A DNA stretch of 64,000 nt from Promethearchaeota archaeon (GCA_048937405.1 JBHLNF010000009.1:32001-96000); one strand, 5' to 3'. Shown: positions 20,924 through 30,848, counted from the first letter of the stretch. Translations and numbers: made by a program. The notes: generated from the sequence alone by a model not told the origin.

Positions 20924-22282
20924 TTATCTAAACATCTCCATAAAAGCTCCTAAACGTGTTTTTACTTGTTCAACGTTCTCCCCTATTTTGTTAAATGTGA
21001 GTGCAATACTAGGTATTTCTAATTCTCGACGAATCTTTTCCTTTAACATTGGGTAAGAGTTGGATATTGAGTGACATCCAAAAAGTTGGATAAATATAAG
21101 ACCATCAGCATTTAATTTTTTTGCAATTCGTAAATATGAATCTGTTAATGTGTCATTATCACATCCAATTCCGTTTGTGGTAGCCTTCATTAGATAATGA
21201 GCATACGCTTCAACCGGATCAGATATTTTTTTAATTGGAATATCTTCTAAAAGTAATAAAACATCCCAATCGGCATATAATGCTCTACCTCCAAGTTCAT
21301 AAATTATTTCATGGGTTTTTGGTTCCCATCCACCAAACATAGGAGTAATTAAAATTCGTGGCATATTACTGACATCCATACCGATTTTATTTCGTATTCT
21401 CTCTTTTATTTCATGCACTAATGAGTTCATATTATCTCGATATCGAATTGCATTAGAATTATAGTCCTGAAAACTATTATTTAGTATAACTAATATTTCG
21501 CTAAATGTGGCAGGATTACAAGGATAAAAATCAGATGTGCTTAAATCATATAGGATAGATTTGTAGGCTCTTCTAATTTCATTGGCAACTTTAAAATGAT
21601 TTCGTAAAATGTCCCTGTCATAGGTATTCCCACTAATTTTTTCTAGTTCACTTATTCCCTCATAGAGGTTATTTACCAATAATTCTAATGCATCACCGAC
21701 ATTTCTAGGGGGTATATCTATCCAGATTTGCTTTGAGGTACTATTAATCGTTTTTAATGACTCATGATATTTATTCCATGCACTACATCGTATCGTATAA
21801 TTTAAAATAGCATCATAATTTTTGCCTTTTGAAACATGCATTCCATAAAGGCTTTTTATTCCATAACAAAAATCAGTAGGAATTCCATTTTCAATTCCTA
21901 TATCGTACATTTCATTGTATTTTTCATTAACAGCATCTATAACATTATCTATAATTTCATCAATAATTTTATTTATATCACCAATACCAAGGTTTTTTAC
22001 AAAACCTAAAAAATTTGATATATTTTTCCAACCAAAAATGTTTGCTCCTGAACCTAAATATTGTAGATATTTATGCATTTTAAAAGCATGCGTTCGAATT
22101 GGAAAAACAGGCACTAAATTTGGAAATCCATATACTATATCAGAAAAAGGTAATGCCACTGAGATTAACTTTTTTTTTTCTCTAAATTTCTTTCTCTTTA
22201 AATAATCTCTTCCAGTTAAAAGATTAAAAGCGATTCTTAACAAAGAACTAAATCTTACAATTTCATCGGCCATAAGACTCAT
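20924..22282 (-). CDS. 2-hydroxyacyl-CoA dehydratase subunit (HgdA/FldB/BcrB family)
   Basis: TDFCYGIK, IRCSAWNK, IDIP, PRILIT, ADGLI..GCHS, QVKTRLGAFMEM. Confidence 0.85.
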   Translation of the reverse strand: MSLMADEIVRFSSLLRIAFNLLTGRDYLKRKKFREKKKLISVALPFSDIVYGFPNLVPVFPIRTHAFKMHKYLQYLGSGANIFGWKNISNFLGFVKNLGIGDINKIIDEIIDNVIDAVNEKYNEMYDIGIENGIPTDFCYGIKSLYGMHVSKGKNYDAILNYTIRCSAWNKYHESLKTINSTSKQIWIDIPPRNVGDALELLVNNLYEGISELEKISGNTYDRDILRNHFKVANEIRRAYKSILYDLSTSDFYPCNPATFSEILVILNNSFQDYNSNAIRYRDNMNSLVHEIKERIRNKIGMDVSNMPRILITPMFGGWEPKTHEIIYELGGRALYADWDVLLLLEDIPIKKISDPVEAYAHYLMKATTNGIGCDNDTLTDSYLRIAKKLNADGLIFIQLFGCHSISNSYPMLKEKIRRELEIPSIALTFNKIGENVEQVKTRLGAFMEMFR

Positions 22283-22285
22283 TTT

Positions 22286-23422
22286 TCATTCCATCTCCAA
22301 AAAAGCTTCAATTCTAGTAGATAATTGCCCTCTATTGGCTTTTGAATAGTCTCTCTCAAGGTTTAAAACAGAAAATCCTTTTTCTTGTAGTTGATTTTTT
22401 AAATATGCTGACATAAGAGAAATATGATCACAGAATTTTATTATATGATTTATAATTCTTATTTTTTTTCCAGTTTGTTCTAAATAATTTTGGCAAATTT
22501 TCTCAATTTGAGATACTTTATTCTCTAAAAAATTGGGAACAGAATGATCTCCATAGATATTTTTATCAAAACGTCTCACTAACAAATCAAACGGATTTTT
22601 TGAGGTGTTTAAGATGTTTTCCTCAAAAACTTGATAATAATAATTATTTCCAATCCATGTATCAAAAAAAACAACATTTCCCCCTGCTTCTTCGATTAAT
22701 TCAATTAGATAATCATTTAAAAAAACAGAACAACCTGTAATTATAACATCCTTTAAGTCTTTCGAATTTTGAATTTGATTTTCGCTGAATTTCAAGGTAT
22801 AAGATTCTAATTCAGGTAAAAACGTAGGACCATATAATATTGCTTTTTGAAGAATTCTTAATTTTTCTGAACCTCTAATATTTAAATTGTTAAATTCTAA
22901 TAATTTTTTTTTAAAATTATTATACTTTTTAATGCTATCCATTAAATTTTCATTCTTAATATCGATACCACTTATTTCTTCTAATTGATCTTTAAAATCT
23001 AATAATTCTAATTTAAAGTATTTCAAACTATTTTCATTTTTAGTATATGAAAGATAAAAATTCAATCGAGGAATATTGAAATATTTAGAAATAATCTCAG
23101 AAGCACATATATCACTTACACAATGATTTGAAACAATAAAATAATCTATTAAATCTAAAAATCTAAAATGACTCGGTTTGGTTGAAAATAAACCAATACA
23201 TGACTGTGCAAAAGCACAAGTAGAAGGAGATAAATAATCATGGCTTGCATCCATTAATTCATCATTTCCTGCAAACATTAATCTTAAAGGAATGAATCCA
23301 ATGGCATCTAATAATTCTTCTGGGATGTTATCATGAGAAATAAACGCTATAACCTTTTTTCCTTCTTGTTTTTTTTCTTTCAAGAATAGTGTATATTCAG
23401 ATAGAAGCTCCAAATTATCCAT
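22286..23422 (-). CDS. 2-hydroxyacyl-CoA dehydratase subunit (HgdB/FldC family)
   Basis: GKKVIA..NIPEELL.A.G..P, TCAFAQSC, NHC, KFCD, GQLSTRIEAFLEM. Confidence 0.85.
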   Translation of the reverse strand: MDNLELLSEYTLFLKEKKQEGKKVIAFISHDNIPEELLDAIGFIPLRLMFAGNDELMDASHDYLSPSTCAFAQSCIGLFSTKPSHFRFLDLIDYFIVSNHCVSDICASEIISKYFNIPRLNFYLSYTKNENSLKYFKLELLDFKDQLEEISGIDIKNENLMDSIKKYNNFKKKLLEFNNLNIRGSEKLRILQKAILYGPTFLPELESYTLKFSENQIQNSKDLKDVIITGCSVFLNDYLIELIEEAGGNVVFFDTWIGNNYYYQVFEENILNTSKNPFDLLVRRFDKNIYGDHSVPNFLENKVSQIEKICQNYLEQTGKKIRIINHIIKFCDHISLMSAYLKNQLQEKGFSVLNLERDYSKANRGQLSTRIEAFLEME

Positions 23423-23479
23423 TTTACTGTAGGTTTTAACTTTGAATTATTTATCGAAAAAGAGTAAATTACACTTAAA

Positions 23480-24877
23480 ATTTATTATACTTTACTAGGT
23501 ATAGTAAATATTTTTTGTAAAAACTATATTTTTTGTATTCATTTGATACTATTATTGGAAAGATTAGTTAGTTTGAACACTGTGTTTTATTAAATAGTAA
23601 AAATTTGTAATAATAACAACGTGAAATTAACTGAAGTTATCCAAGTAAACTATTCATCAGAATTATCACACTTATGTCATTTAGCTAAGAATCTTTACAA
23701 TTTAGCGAATTGGTATGTGAGACAACATTTCTTTAATCTCAATACTCTCCTATCGTATTATGATTTAGATTTCATTCTTAAAAATAAAGATGCATATCGA
23801 AATTTACCCTCTCAAACATCACAACAAATTATCAAATATGTGAAGAGAGATTGGAAGTCTTATTTCAGAGGATTAGAAGAATATAAAAGAAATTTCAAGA
23901 AATTTAAGAAAAAACCCAAAATTCCACGATATAAAAAGAAAAGTGGAGAATCTATAGCAATTTTTACCAATCAGCAATGTAAAATTAAGAATGGATATTT
24001 ATATTTTCCAAGAAGGGTAAATCTTGAACCAATTAAAACAAGAATTACAGAAAGATTAAAAGAAGTTAGGATAGTCCCTTTAGGAGTAAAGTATAAAGTT
24101 GAGATTGTATACGAAAAGGAAGAGAAAGGTTTAGGATTAGATAAAGAGCACATATTAAGTATTGATTTAGGATTGAATAATCTCATAACTGCGGTAAATA
24201 ATAATGGATGTAGACCATTTATTATTAAAGGTGGGATGATAAAATCTATAAATCAATATTATAACAAGCAATTAGCATACTTTAGGGGTATTGAAAATAA
24301 AAAAGGTAATTTTACTGATATCAAACGGATTCAAAGACTCCATTTAATTCGAAATAATAAAATTACTACAGTTTTTCATCGAATCTCTAAGAACGTAATT
24401 GAGTACTGTATTTTACATAATATTGGGACAATCGTAATAGGATATAATAAGGGATGGAAGCAAAAAATAAATATTGGAAAAAAAAATAATCAGAAATTTG
24501 TACAAATCCCTTTCCTAAAATTAATAAAGCAATTTGAATATAAAGCGAAATTGAAAGGAATTCAAGTTTTAACTGTTAATGAAAGTCATACTTCTAAATG
24601 TTCTTTCTTAGATGATGAATCAATTGAAAAACATGAAAAATATGCAGGAAAAAGAATTTCCAGAGGGCTGTTCAAAACCTCCAAAGGTATTCTACTCAAT
24701 GCAGATGTAAATGGAGCATATAATATTATGAGAAAAGCATTCCCAAATGCCATTTCGGAGGATGGGATAGAGGCATTCGGACTAATGCCACAGATACTAC
24801 AACAGATTATCGTTGATATTGGTATTTGAAATAAGATGAGTATAATTTTACTCGTTTTAATGGTCTTAATCATTAGG
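23480..24877 (+). mobile_element. Solo tnpB element (IS1341-like, no tnpA), inserted antisense between the dehydratase activator and dehydratase genes; ends approximate
   Basis: tnpB ORF; upstream hairpin TTTACTA-ggta-TAGTAAA (23491-23508); downstream hairpins to 24875; interrupts a same-strand gene run. Confidence 0.6.
23621..24829 (+). CDS. tnpB: TnpB RNA-guided endonuclease (IS200/IS605/IS607 OrfB) with rearranged RuvC-II
   Basis: AKNLYNLAN, LPSQTSQQ, SIDLGLNN (RuvC-I), IVIGYNKGWKQ, VNESHTSKCS, NADVNGAYNI (RuvC-III). Confidence 0.92.
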   Translation: MKLTEVIQVNYSSELSHLCHLAKNLYNLANWYVRQHFFNLNTLLSYYDLDFILKNKDAYRNLPSQTSQQIIKYVKRDWKSYFRGLEEYKRNFKKFKKKPKIPRYKKKSGESIAIFTNQQCKIKNGYLYFPRRVNLEPIKTRITERLKEVRIVPLGVKYKVEIVYEKEEKGLGLDKEHILSIDLGLNNLITAVNNNGCRPFIIKGGMIKSINQYYNKQLAYFRGIENKKGNFTDIKRIQRLHLIRNNKITTVFHRISKNVIEYCILHNIGTIVIGYNKGWKQKINIGKKNNQKFVQIPFLKLIKQFEYKAKLKGIQVLTVNESHTSKCSFLDDESIEKHEKYAGKRISRGLFKTSKGILLNADVNGAYNIMRKAFPNAISEDGIEAFGLMPQILQQIIVDIGI

Positions 24878-24895
24878 ATAAAATTATAAAAAAAT
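24737..24895 (+). ncRNA. Putative TnpB omega/re-RNA scaffold overlapping the tnpB 3' end
   Basis: Stem-loops GCATT-ccca-AATGC (24737-50), GGCATT-cggact-AATGCC (24772-89), an 11-bp stem with two G-U pairs (24832-59) and a 7-bp stem with one G-U (24858-75); position typical of omegaRNA. Confidence 0.5.
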
Positions 24896-25701
24896 TAACC
24901 TTGGCTTTGATCTGAAGCGATTAAAGCAGCTCCTATGGCTCCCGTCAATTGTGCATTACTTTTTCCATTTGATATGGGAGACATAATTTCAAATCCTAAT
25001 TCTTCCTCTAAAAATTTCTTAACTGCAATGTTTTTTGCAACACCACCACAAAAAACTAAGAGGGGAGCAACACCTATACGTTTGGCCATTCCACCAACCC
25101 TTCTTGCGATTGATTTATGAATTCCCGCTGCGATGTCTTCCTTTTTTGTGCCCTTAGCAAAAAGAGATATTACTTCTGATTCAGCAAAAACAGTACATGT
25201 TGAACTGATTGATGCTGGATTATTAGATTTAAGAGCTAATTCTCCAATATTCTGAATGGGAACTTCTAACGCACCAGCCATTACTTCAATAAAACGACCT
25301 GTTCCTGCAGCACACTTATCATTCATCTGAAAATCAATTACATTCCCACTTTTCTTTGAGATTACTATAGCTTTACTATCTTGACCCCCAATATCTATTA
25401 CAGAATTTACGTCTGGAAAAAAATATTGTGCTCCACGTGCATGAGCTGTAATTTCAGTAATACGATCATCAGCAATATCAATGCTATTCCTTCCGTATCC
25501 TGTTGACATAACATAAACATCACTTTTTTTTAAATTATTTTTTTCCAGAAGGTCATTAAACATCTCGTTTCCTACACGCTTGAAATCAAATGTGGATCGA
25601 TTAACTCGAAAATCTAATAATTCAGAATTTTGTAATAACACTACCTTAGTTTCAAGTGATCCAATATCAATACCAACAAATACATTCAAATTTATTCCCA
25701 A
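24895..25701 (-). CDS. 2-hydroxyacyl-CoA dehydratase activator (HgdC/FldI, ASKHA ATPase, 4Fe-4S)
   Basis: GIDIGS..TK, TGYGR, EITAHARGA, IDIGGQDSK, MNDKCAAGTGRF, STCTVFAESE, GGVAKN; start TTG 25701 or 25689. Confidence 0.92.
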   Translation of the reverse strand: MGINLNVFVGIDIGSLETKVVLLQNSELLDFRVNRSTFDFKRVGNEMFNDLLEKNNLKKSDVYVMSTGYGRNSIDIADDRITEITAHARGAQYFFPDVNSVIDIGGQDSKAIVISKKSGNVIDFQMNDKCAAGTGRFIEVMAGALEVPIQNIGELALKSNNPASISSTCTVFAESEVISLFAKGTKKEDIAAGIHKSIARRVGGMAKRIGVAPLLVFCGGVAKNIAVKKFLEEELGFEIMSPISNGKSNAQLTGAIGAALIASDQSQG

Positions 25702-25755
25702 GAAATTTGGTTGTTATAAAGAAAAATGAAAATAAAAAATTAAATTTAATCATAT

Positions 25756-26466
25756 TTACGAGAGTAAAAATATGGAAATTAGAAGGGTTATAAAAAATGC
25801 AAAAAACATTTGACAAATATTTTTGACAATAGATTCCTTTGAGATAATTCCCAAAAAGACTCCAAGTAATACTATACAAAAGAGGATAATAAAAAAGGAT
25901 ATAATAAAAGTTGTTATTCCGGCGTTAGAAACAAGAAAAAAGGGAATTAGAGGGACAATACCCCCTAAAAATGGAGATCCCCCATTTATAATCGAGACAA
26001 TTATACTTGCAAAGCTCTCTGCTTTTTCTTGTAAGTTTTTTATTTTTTTCTTCTTCTTTCTTAATCTACTTTTAACTCTTAGAATAATATCATGATTAAT
26101 TTTTGTTAACATTGCCTTTTCAATCTCTTTTACGTCAGAAGAATCTTTTATTGCTTCCTCTTCGGCGTTTTTATCTATTACCATTGCTTTATATAATTCC
26201 TCTTTCATTTTTTTTTGTTCCGCCTTTTCTGAAAGATATGAACCAGACATCCCTGATATTAACATTGATATTGAACTTCCTATACCAGTTAGAATAACAA
26301 GATGACTATCAATTGAACTTTGATCCTCCTTTAGAATTAAAACAAAAAATCCCAAAAGTATACCCAGAACTGTTAGCATACCATCATAGAAGTTATTTAC
26401 AAAATAACGTCTAGCAATTCCCCATAAATCCGTAATTTTTGCGTATGTTTTGGCTCTTTCAAACAT
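25756..26466 (-). CDS. VIT1/CCC1-like membrane protein (archaeal type)
   Basis: ARRYFVNNFYDGMLTVLG, SGSYLSEKAE, PLIPFF; 5 TMs. Confidence 0.7.
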   Translation of the reverse strand: MFERAKTYAKITDLWGIARRYFVNNFYDGMLTVLGILLGFFVLILKEDQSSIDSHLVILTGIGSSISMLISGMSGSYLSEKAEQKKMKEELYKAMVIDKNAEEEAIKDSSDVKEIEKAMLTKINHDIILRVKSRLRKKKKKIKNLQEKAESFASIIVSIINGGSPFLGGIVPLIPFFLVSNAGITTFIISFFIILFCIVLLGVFLGIISKESIVKNICQMFFAFFITLLISIFLLS

Positions 26467-26554
26467 TTTTGATAGTATATCAGTATTATTGTTAAGAAAA
26501 ACCTAACTCTATTTTCTTCACAATTTTTATTGAAATTGATTATCCTCCAAGACT

Positions 26555-27199
26555 TTAAATACCAAGTAATATTGAGATTAAAAGGGTTACGATTCCGGCA
26601 GTAACTAAATGTATAGCATATTTAGCTCTCCCACCGCCTGATATTTTTCCTAGAAAAATACCTAAATAGATTAATAAACTAGAAAGTATAATATAAGAGA
26701 TTATAAAATGAATAAATGATAATGAAAAACCAAAGAAAAACGGAATTAACGGAAGAGAACTTCCTAATACTGGTGCTCCTCCATCCACCAAAGAAGCAAT
26801 AATCGTGGCAAAATTTTCAGCTTTTTCTAATAATGGTGTCTCTTTTTTCTGTTTCTTATCAGATTTTTCCGCTTTTACATCTTCTTCATCTTCAATAATA
26901 GCCATTTCTTTTTTCATATCCATCATTTTTTTATGTCTTTCAGCTTCTTCAGAGAGAAATGCACCCCATAAACCAGAAATTCCAATTGCTAAAGCAGTAG
27001 CAAATCCAGTAATAAGAACATCTTTTGGGTCAAAATTAGTGGAATGTGCGATAAATAAAATAAAAATACCACTTACTATACCTGCACATGTTAATGCGCC
27101 ATCAAAACAGTTATTAAAGAATTTCCGTCTAGCAATTTCCGCAAGATCAGACATTTTTGAATACTGCTTCCATAGTTGGATTGTCTTCTTTATTTTCAT
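26555..27199 (-). CDS. VIT1/CCC1-like membrane protein, tandem paralog
   Basis: ARRKFFNNCFDGALT, GAFLSEEAE, PLIPFF. Confidence 0.7.
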   Translation of the reverse strand: MKIKKTIQLWKQYSKMSDLAEIARRKFFNNCFDGALTCAGIVSGIFILFIAHSTNFDPKDVLITGFATALAIGISGLWGAFLSEEAERHKKMMDMKKEMAIIEDEEDVKAEKSDKKQKKETPLLEKAENFATIIASLVDGGAPVLGSSLPLIPFFFGFSLSFIHFIISYIILSSLLIYLGIFLGKISGGGRAKYAIHLVTAGIVTLLISILLGI

Positions 27200-27410
27200 T
27201 TAATTCTTTTCCTACCTTTAGTTTAAATGTTATTTAAAAGTTGTAATACTTTCACTTTATTTTTCTAAATCTTGAGATTTTTCAAAATGTTTCAGATTTT
27301 ATTTATAAATTAAAATTTAGAATATATTAAAATTTCTCTAAATACTATATTTTTTATTAGTCAAATTTTTATATTTATAACAGTAAAATAACTATTTAAA
27401 TGGAATTTTC

Positions 27411-28049
27411 ATGAGTAAGATTAAAGAAGAAATTATATCAATGCTTATTGAGCATTCTCGAATTATTTATTCTGTCCTTAGTGATATGGGTGTATTTTAC
27501 AGTGGTTGGGCAGAAAACTATGAAAAAAATAAAAACTCACTTGAAAAGAAAAAAAGTAAAATGCAATTATCTGAAGAGGATGCCGATAGCATTAAAATTC
27601 AGTTGATTCAAAATTATTCTGAAGCTGAAACTGCGGGTTTAGGAGATTACATTGCTCTTATCCTAAGAATGGATAATGTTATTAATTACCCATTAGAATT
27701 TGTGGATATGTTACCAAAAATTAAGGTGGATAAAAAAAACGATCAAGAATTAAAGAAAAGATATGAAAAATTGATTAATAAAACAATTGAAATGGCAAAT
27801 GTTCTTAAATCAACAATTAAAAGCCTTAGAGATAAACCAGATGTGGTGTTTAGTAATACAACAAAAATTCATGAGATTGAAAATGAAATTGACGCAATTT
27901 ATAGAGAATTTCTAGAATATATCTATTCAAATGAGAATTTAAATATTAGAGTACTTTTGCGTTTACGAGATAGTATTGTACTGCTAGAGCAGTTAGCAGA
28001 TCGCATCCATGACATAGCTGATTTAATTAGAGTATTGCTGTATCAATAA
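27411..28049 (+). CDS. DUF47/PhoU-like protein
   Basis: SEEDADSIK, IHEIENEIDAIYR and LEQLADRIHD acidic motifs typical of DUF47. Confidence 0.75.
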   Translation: MSKIKEEIISMLIEHSRIIYSVLSDMGVFYSGWAENYEKNKNSLEKKKSKMQLSEEDADSIKIQLIQNYSEAETAGLGDYIALILRMDNVINYPLEFVDMLPKIKVDKKNDQELKKRYEKLINKTIEMANVLKSTIKSLRDKPDVVFSNTTKIHEIENEIDAIYREFLEYIYSNENLNIRVLLRLRDSIVLLEQLADRIHDIADLIRVLLYQ

Positions 28050-28165
28050 TCTTTTCTGACGGATTAATAATTTTTTAGTCTATTTTTAATTTAAAATTGT
28101 ATTACATTATTTAGTATTTAATATAATTGATTTTGAAACAATTATAAAAATCTCAAATTATGTTT

Positions 28166-29641
28166 TTATATTGTTTCTCCAGTAATTCTATTTACTTTAA
28201 GATGTCTAAATTTAGCAGTAGTTCGCGCAATTTCTTCACTGTTGGTTATTTTGGTAACAACTTGTTCTGGAAATAGATATTTTGCAATATGAATAATCAT
28301 TTCTTTAGTTTCTATACAATTGAATAATTTTAAACTTTCACAAGAATAAAATAATTCACTTATTAAATCATAATTTGTATCTGCTGAAAAATCAAGAAGT
28401 GCTAAATTTCTATATATTCGCTGTATAACACTATTTAAAAAATCGTAATCTTTTAACTTTTCAAGGGTATTTCTCATATAATTAATAAAAAGAACATAAT
28501 ATATCGCTTCTGACGTTATGAATCCGTCTCGTTCCTGTTTCACACCTTCAGGAGTAATGCGTGTATCGATTTCCTCCATAATTGAATTGATTTCAAAATC
28601 CTTCCCACTTATTCCTAATTGTCTATACAATTTTAATATTACTACTAATTGTGATGTCTCAAGATTTTGTATATAATTGATATCAACAAATCTCGGATAA
28701 GTAATCATAAGGTTATTAATTTGCATATGATTTAACCATAATTTCATTAATTCAGTTGATTTAAAGAAATAATACACACCATCCGTAGCCTCCATTATTG
28801 GAGATTCATATCGGTTTATCGCTTCTTCATATAAAAGTAATAAAAATCCAGAAATCTTTTTCTTATCAAGTTTTACATTTAAATATTTTGCTAAGTATAA
28901 TCCACAAAAATAAATATCGGGATTTCTTAGTGAGACTAGTGGAATATCAATTAGCCATTCATCTAAATTTTCTTCCAAATATGTTCTGATATGAGAAAAA
29001 TTAAACGTTTTTTGTAAATTAAAGAAATCAATGATTCTATAAATCAAATATATTAATTGAAGTTTATATTGAGGTTCTTCTAAATCTTCTAGACTCTCAA
29101 TTTTTTGCTTATTTTCTCTTAATTTAGAAATTATATTTTCTTGAATATGAACATATTTTCTTAGATTTTCAAGTTTATTTGGAACTCTTTCGAAAAGTGT
29201 TCTTAGGTTTCTTATTTCCATAATTAATTCAATCGGGAGAAATCCTTCATCCTTAAATTTTAACAGAAGAGGGGCTATACTGACGTCAACAAGATAAGCA
29301 ATAATTTTATCTAAAAGAATTTCATATATTAAAGGAGCAATTTTTTTTTTATATAAATCAATCACTACTGAAATTGTCGCTTCATCCCCCATTTCTATTT
29401 CTAAAAATGGATCTAAAAATTTATTCTCAATTTCAGTTTTTTTAAAACCTAATTCTATGAAATAGTTTATGAAAAATGAACGTAACTTTTCTAAAATGGA
29501 TCTAAGATTACTTTTTTCAATTGTATTATTTCCAAATGAATTAATAATTTGCGTCTGGAAATAATCATCTATATGATTATAAAACAGTTCAATATTGTTA
29601 AAATATAAATCTAAAACATTATATAGTCCTTGAAATATCAT
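28166..29641 (-). CDS. Hypothetical all-alpha protein
   Basis: 491-aa ORF with no motif I recognise. Confidence 0.75.
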   Translation of the reverse strand: MIFQGLYNVLDLYFNNIELFYNHIDDYFQTQIINSFGNNTIEKSNLRSILEKLRSFFINYFIELGFKKTEIENKFLDPFLEIEMGDEATISVVIDLYKKKIAPLIYEILLDKIIAYLVDVSIAPLLLKFKDEGFLPIELIMEIRNLRTLFERVPNKLENLRKYVHIQENIISKLRENKQKIESLEDLEEPQYKLQLIYLIYRIIDFFNLQKTFNFSHIRTYLEENLDEWLIDIPLVSLRNPDIYFCGLYLAKYLNVKLDKKKISGFLLLLYEEAINRYESPIMEATDGVYYFFKSTELMKLWLNHMQINNLMITYPRFVDINYIQNLETSQLVVILKLYRQLGISGKDFEINSIMEEIDTRITPEGVKQERDGFITSEAIYYVLFINYMRNTLEKLKDYDFLNSVIQRIYRNLALLDFSADTNYDLISELFYSCESLKLFNCIETKEMIIHIAKYLFPEQVVTKITNSEEIARTTAKFRHLKVNRITGETI

Positions 29642-29990
29642 TTTATAAAGAAACCAACCTTAGATAATTTTTTTTAGTTATTTAAGAGATATAATATAAT
29701 AAAGAAATAATTACTTTTTCATTCTTAATTTAAGTTAAATAATTATAAGAAATGGTTGAATCTCTTATTATTAATCTCTTATTTTACTATCTCAATGGGA
29801 TTCTCTTTCAAATTCTCAAAATTTTTTTATAATAGCTCTAATTTTAATATATCAAAACCGATTATCTATTTAAATTATTTTAATAATTTAAGAAATCTTC
29901 TCTGTTGGATTGAGAATAAAGTATCAGAGGAAAATCATTAAATTATCGAAAAATACTTTTTATAAACTAGTTTTTGTCTATTATTTTAAA

Positions 29991-30200
29991 CAGAATATAG
30001 CTTAAAAGATTAAAATGCCTCTATCTAAGGAACAGGAGTATGTTCTTTGATCTTTATTAGAGAAAAATCGGTTTTTATACAATTTTGCGATAGTTGAATA
30101 AATAAAGAATTGGTATCAGAACAAAAATAAATCAAAGGAAAAAAAGTGTTATTTTATCGTGTATTTAGACCACTAAAGGATCTTATCCTTGTTAAAAACA
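29991..30200 (+). pseudogene. Decayed N-terminal fragment of an IS200/IS605-type tnpB
   Basis: One frame reads A*KIKMPLSKEQEYVL*SLLEKNRFLYNFAIVE*IKNWYQNKNK...YLDH*RILSLLK, resembling the OrfB HTH pattern (KIRxxPxxEQ..L....CRxLYNxAL.ER...W); stops at 30003, 30048, 30099, 30174. Confidence 0.55.
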
Positions 30201-30424
30201 ATATTAAATGACATGCAATTAATTCAGATTGAATATTTATAAATTCATTTTTAATTATAATAGAATGCATTTTTTACTATTAGAGGTATATTTGAAATTG
30301 TTTTTCTATCTAAACAATCGTTTTTAGTTATTCTTTCTATTTACAATAGGAAAATTTATACGCTTAAATTAATATTAATATTTTAAAATTTTAAATTTTA
30401 AAAATTTATTATGATGCGAATAAT

Positions 30425-30793
30425 ATGAATGGAAAGCAGAAATTTATCGTGTTACTTGGTGTATTTCAATTTGTCTTGATTTTTATTGTATTTTTCTCTG
30501 TTAATGGGATTATAACATTTGTTTCCGCACAAGATACCGCAAGTTCTTTTGATTATTATAATACAATAACTGCAGCAGCATTAGCAATTGGAGCATCAAT
30601 CTCAGTTGGAGCGGCATTAGTAGGAAGTGGTATGGCATTAAAAACTGTAGGTACTGCTGCAATTGCTTCCCTATCAGAGAGAGAAGAGACATTTTTTAAA
30701 GCATTTTTGGTTGTCGCTTTATGTGAAGCTTTAGCGATATATGGATTGATTATTGCTATACTTTTATGGACAAAGATTCCTGATATTCCATAA
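30425..30793 (+). CDS. atpK: A/V-type ATP synthase subunit K (c, proteolipid)
   Basis: Gly/Ala-rich hairpin; ion-binding Glu in VALCEALAIYGL; extra N-terminal hydrophobic segment. Confidence 0.92.
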   Translation: MNGKQKFIVLLGVFQFVLIFIVFFSVNGIITFVSAQDTASSFDYYNTITAAALAIGASISVGAALVGSGMALKTVGTAAIASLSEREETFFKAFLVVALCEALAIYGLIIAILLWTKIPDIP

Positions 30794-30848
30794 AATCAGT
30801 TTATTTATATAAATTTTTTTATCCTTTTCAAATTATGGTGATAAATTT

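Noticed and set aside
29756-29941. 61-aa TTG ORF in the intergenic region before the ATPase operon
   Set aside because: Low-complexity AT-rich translation with no SD or motif.
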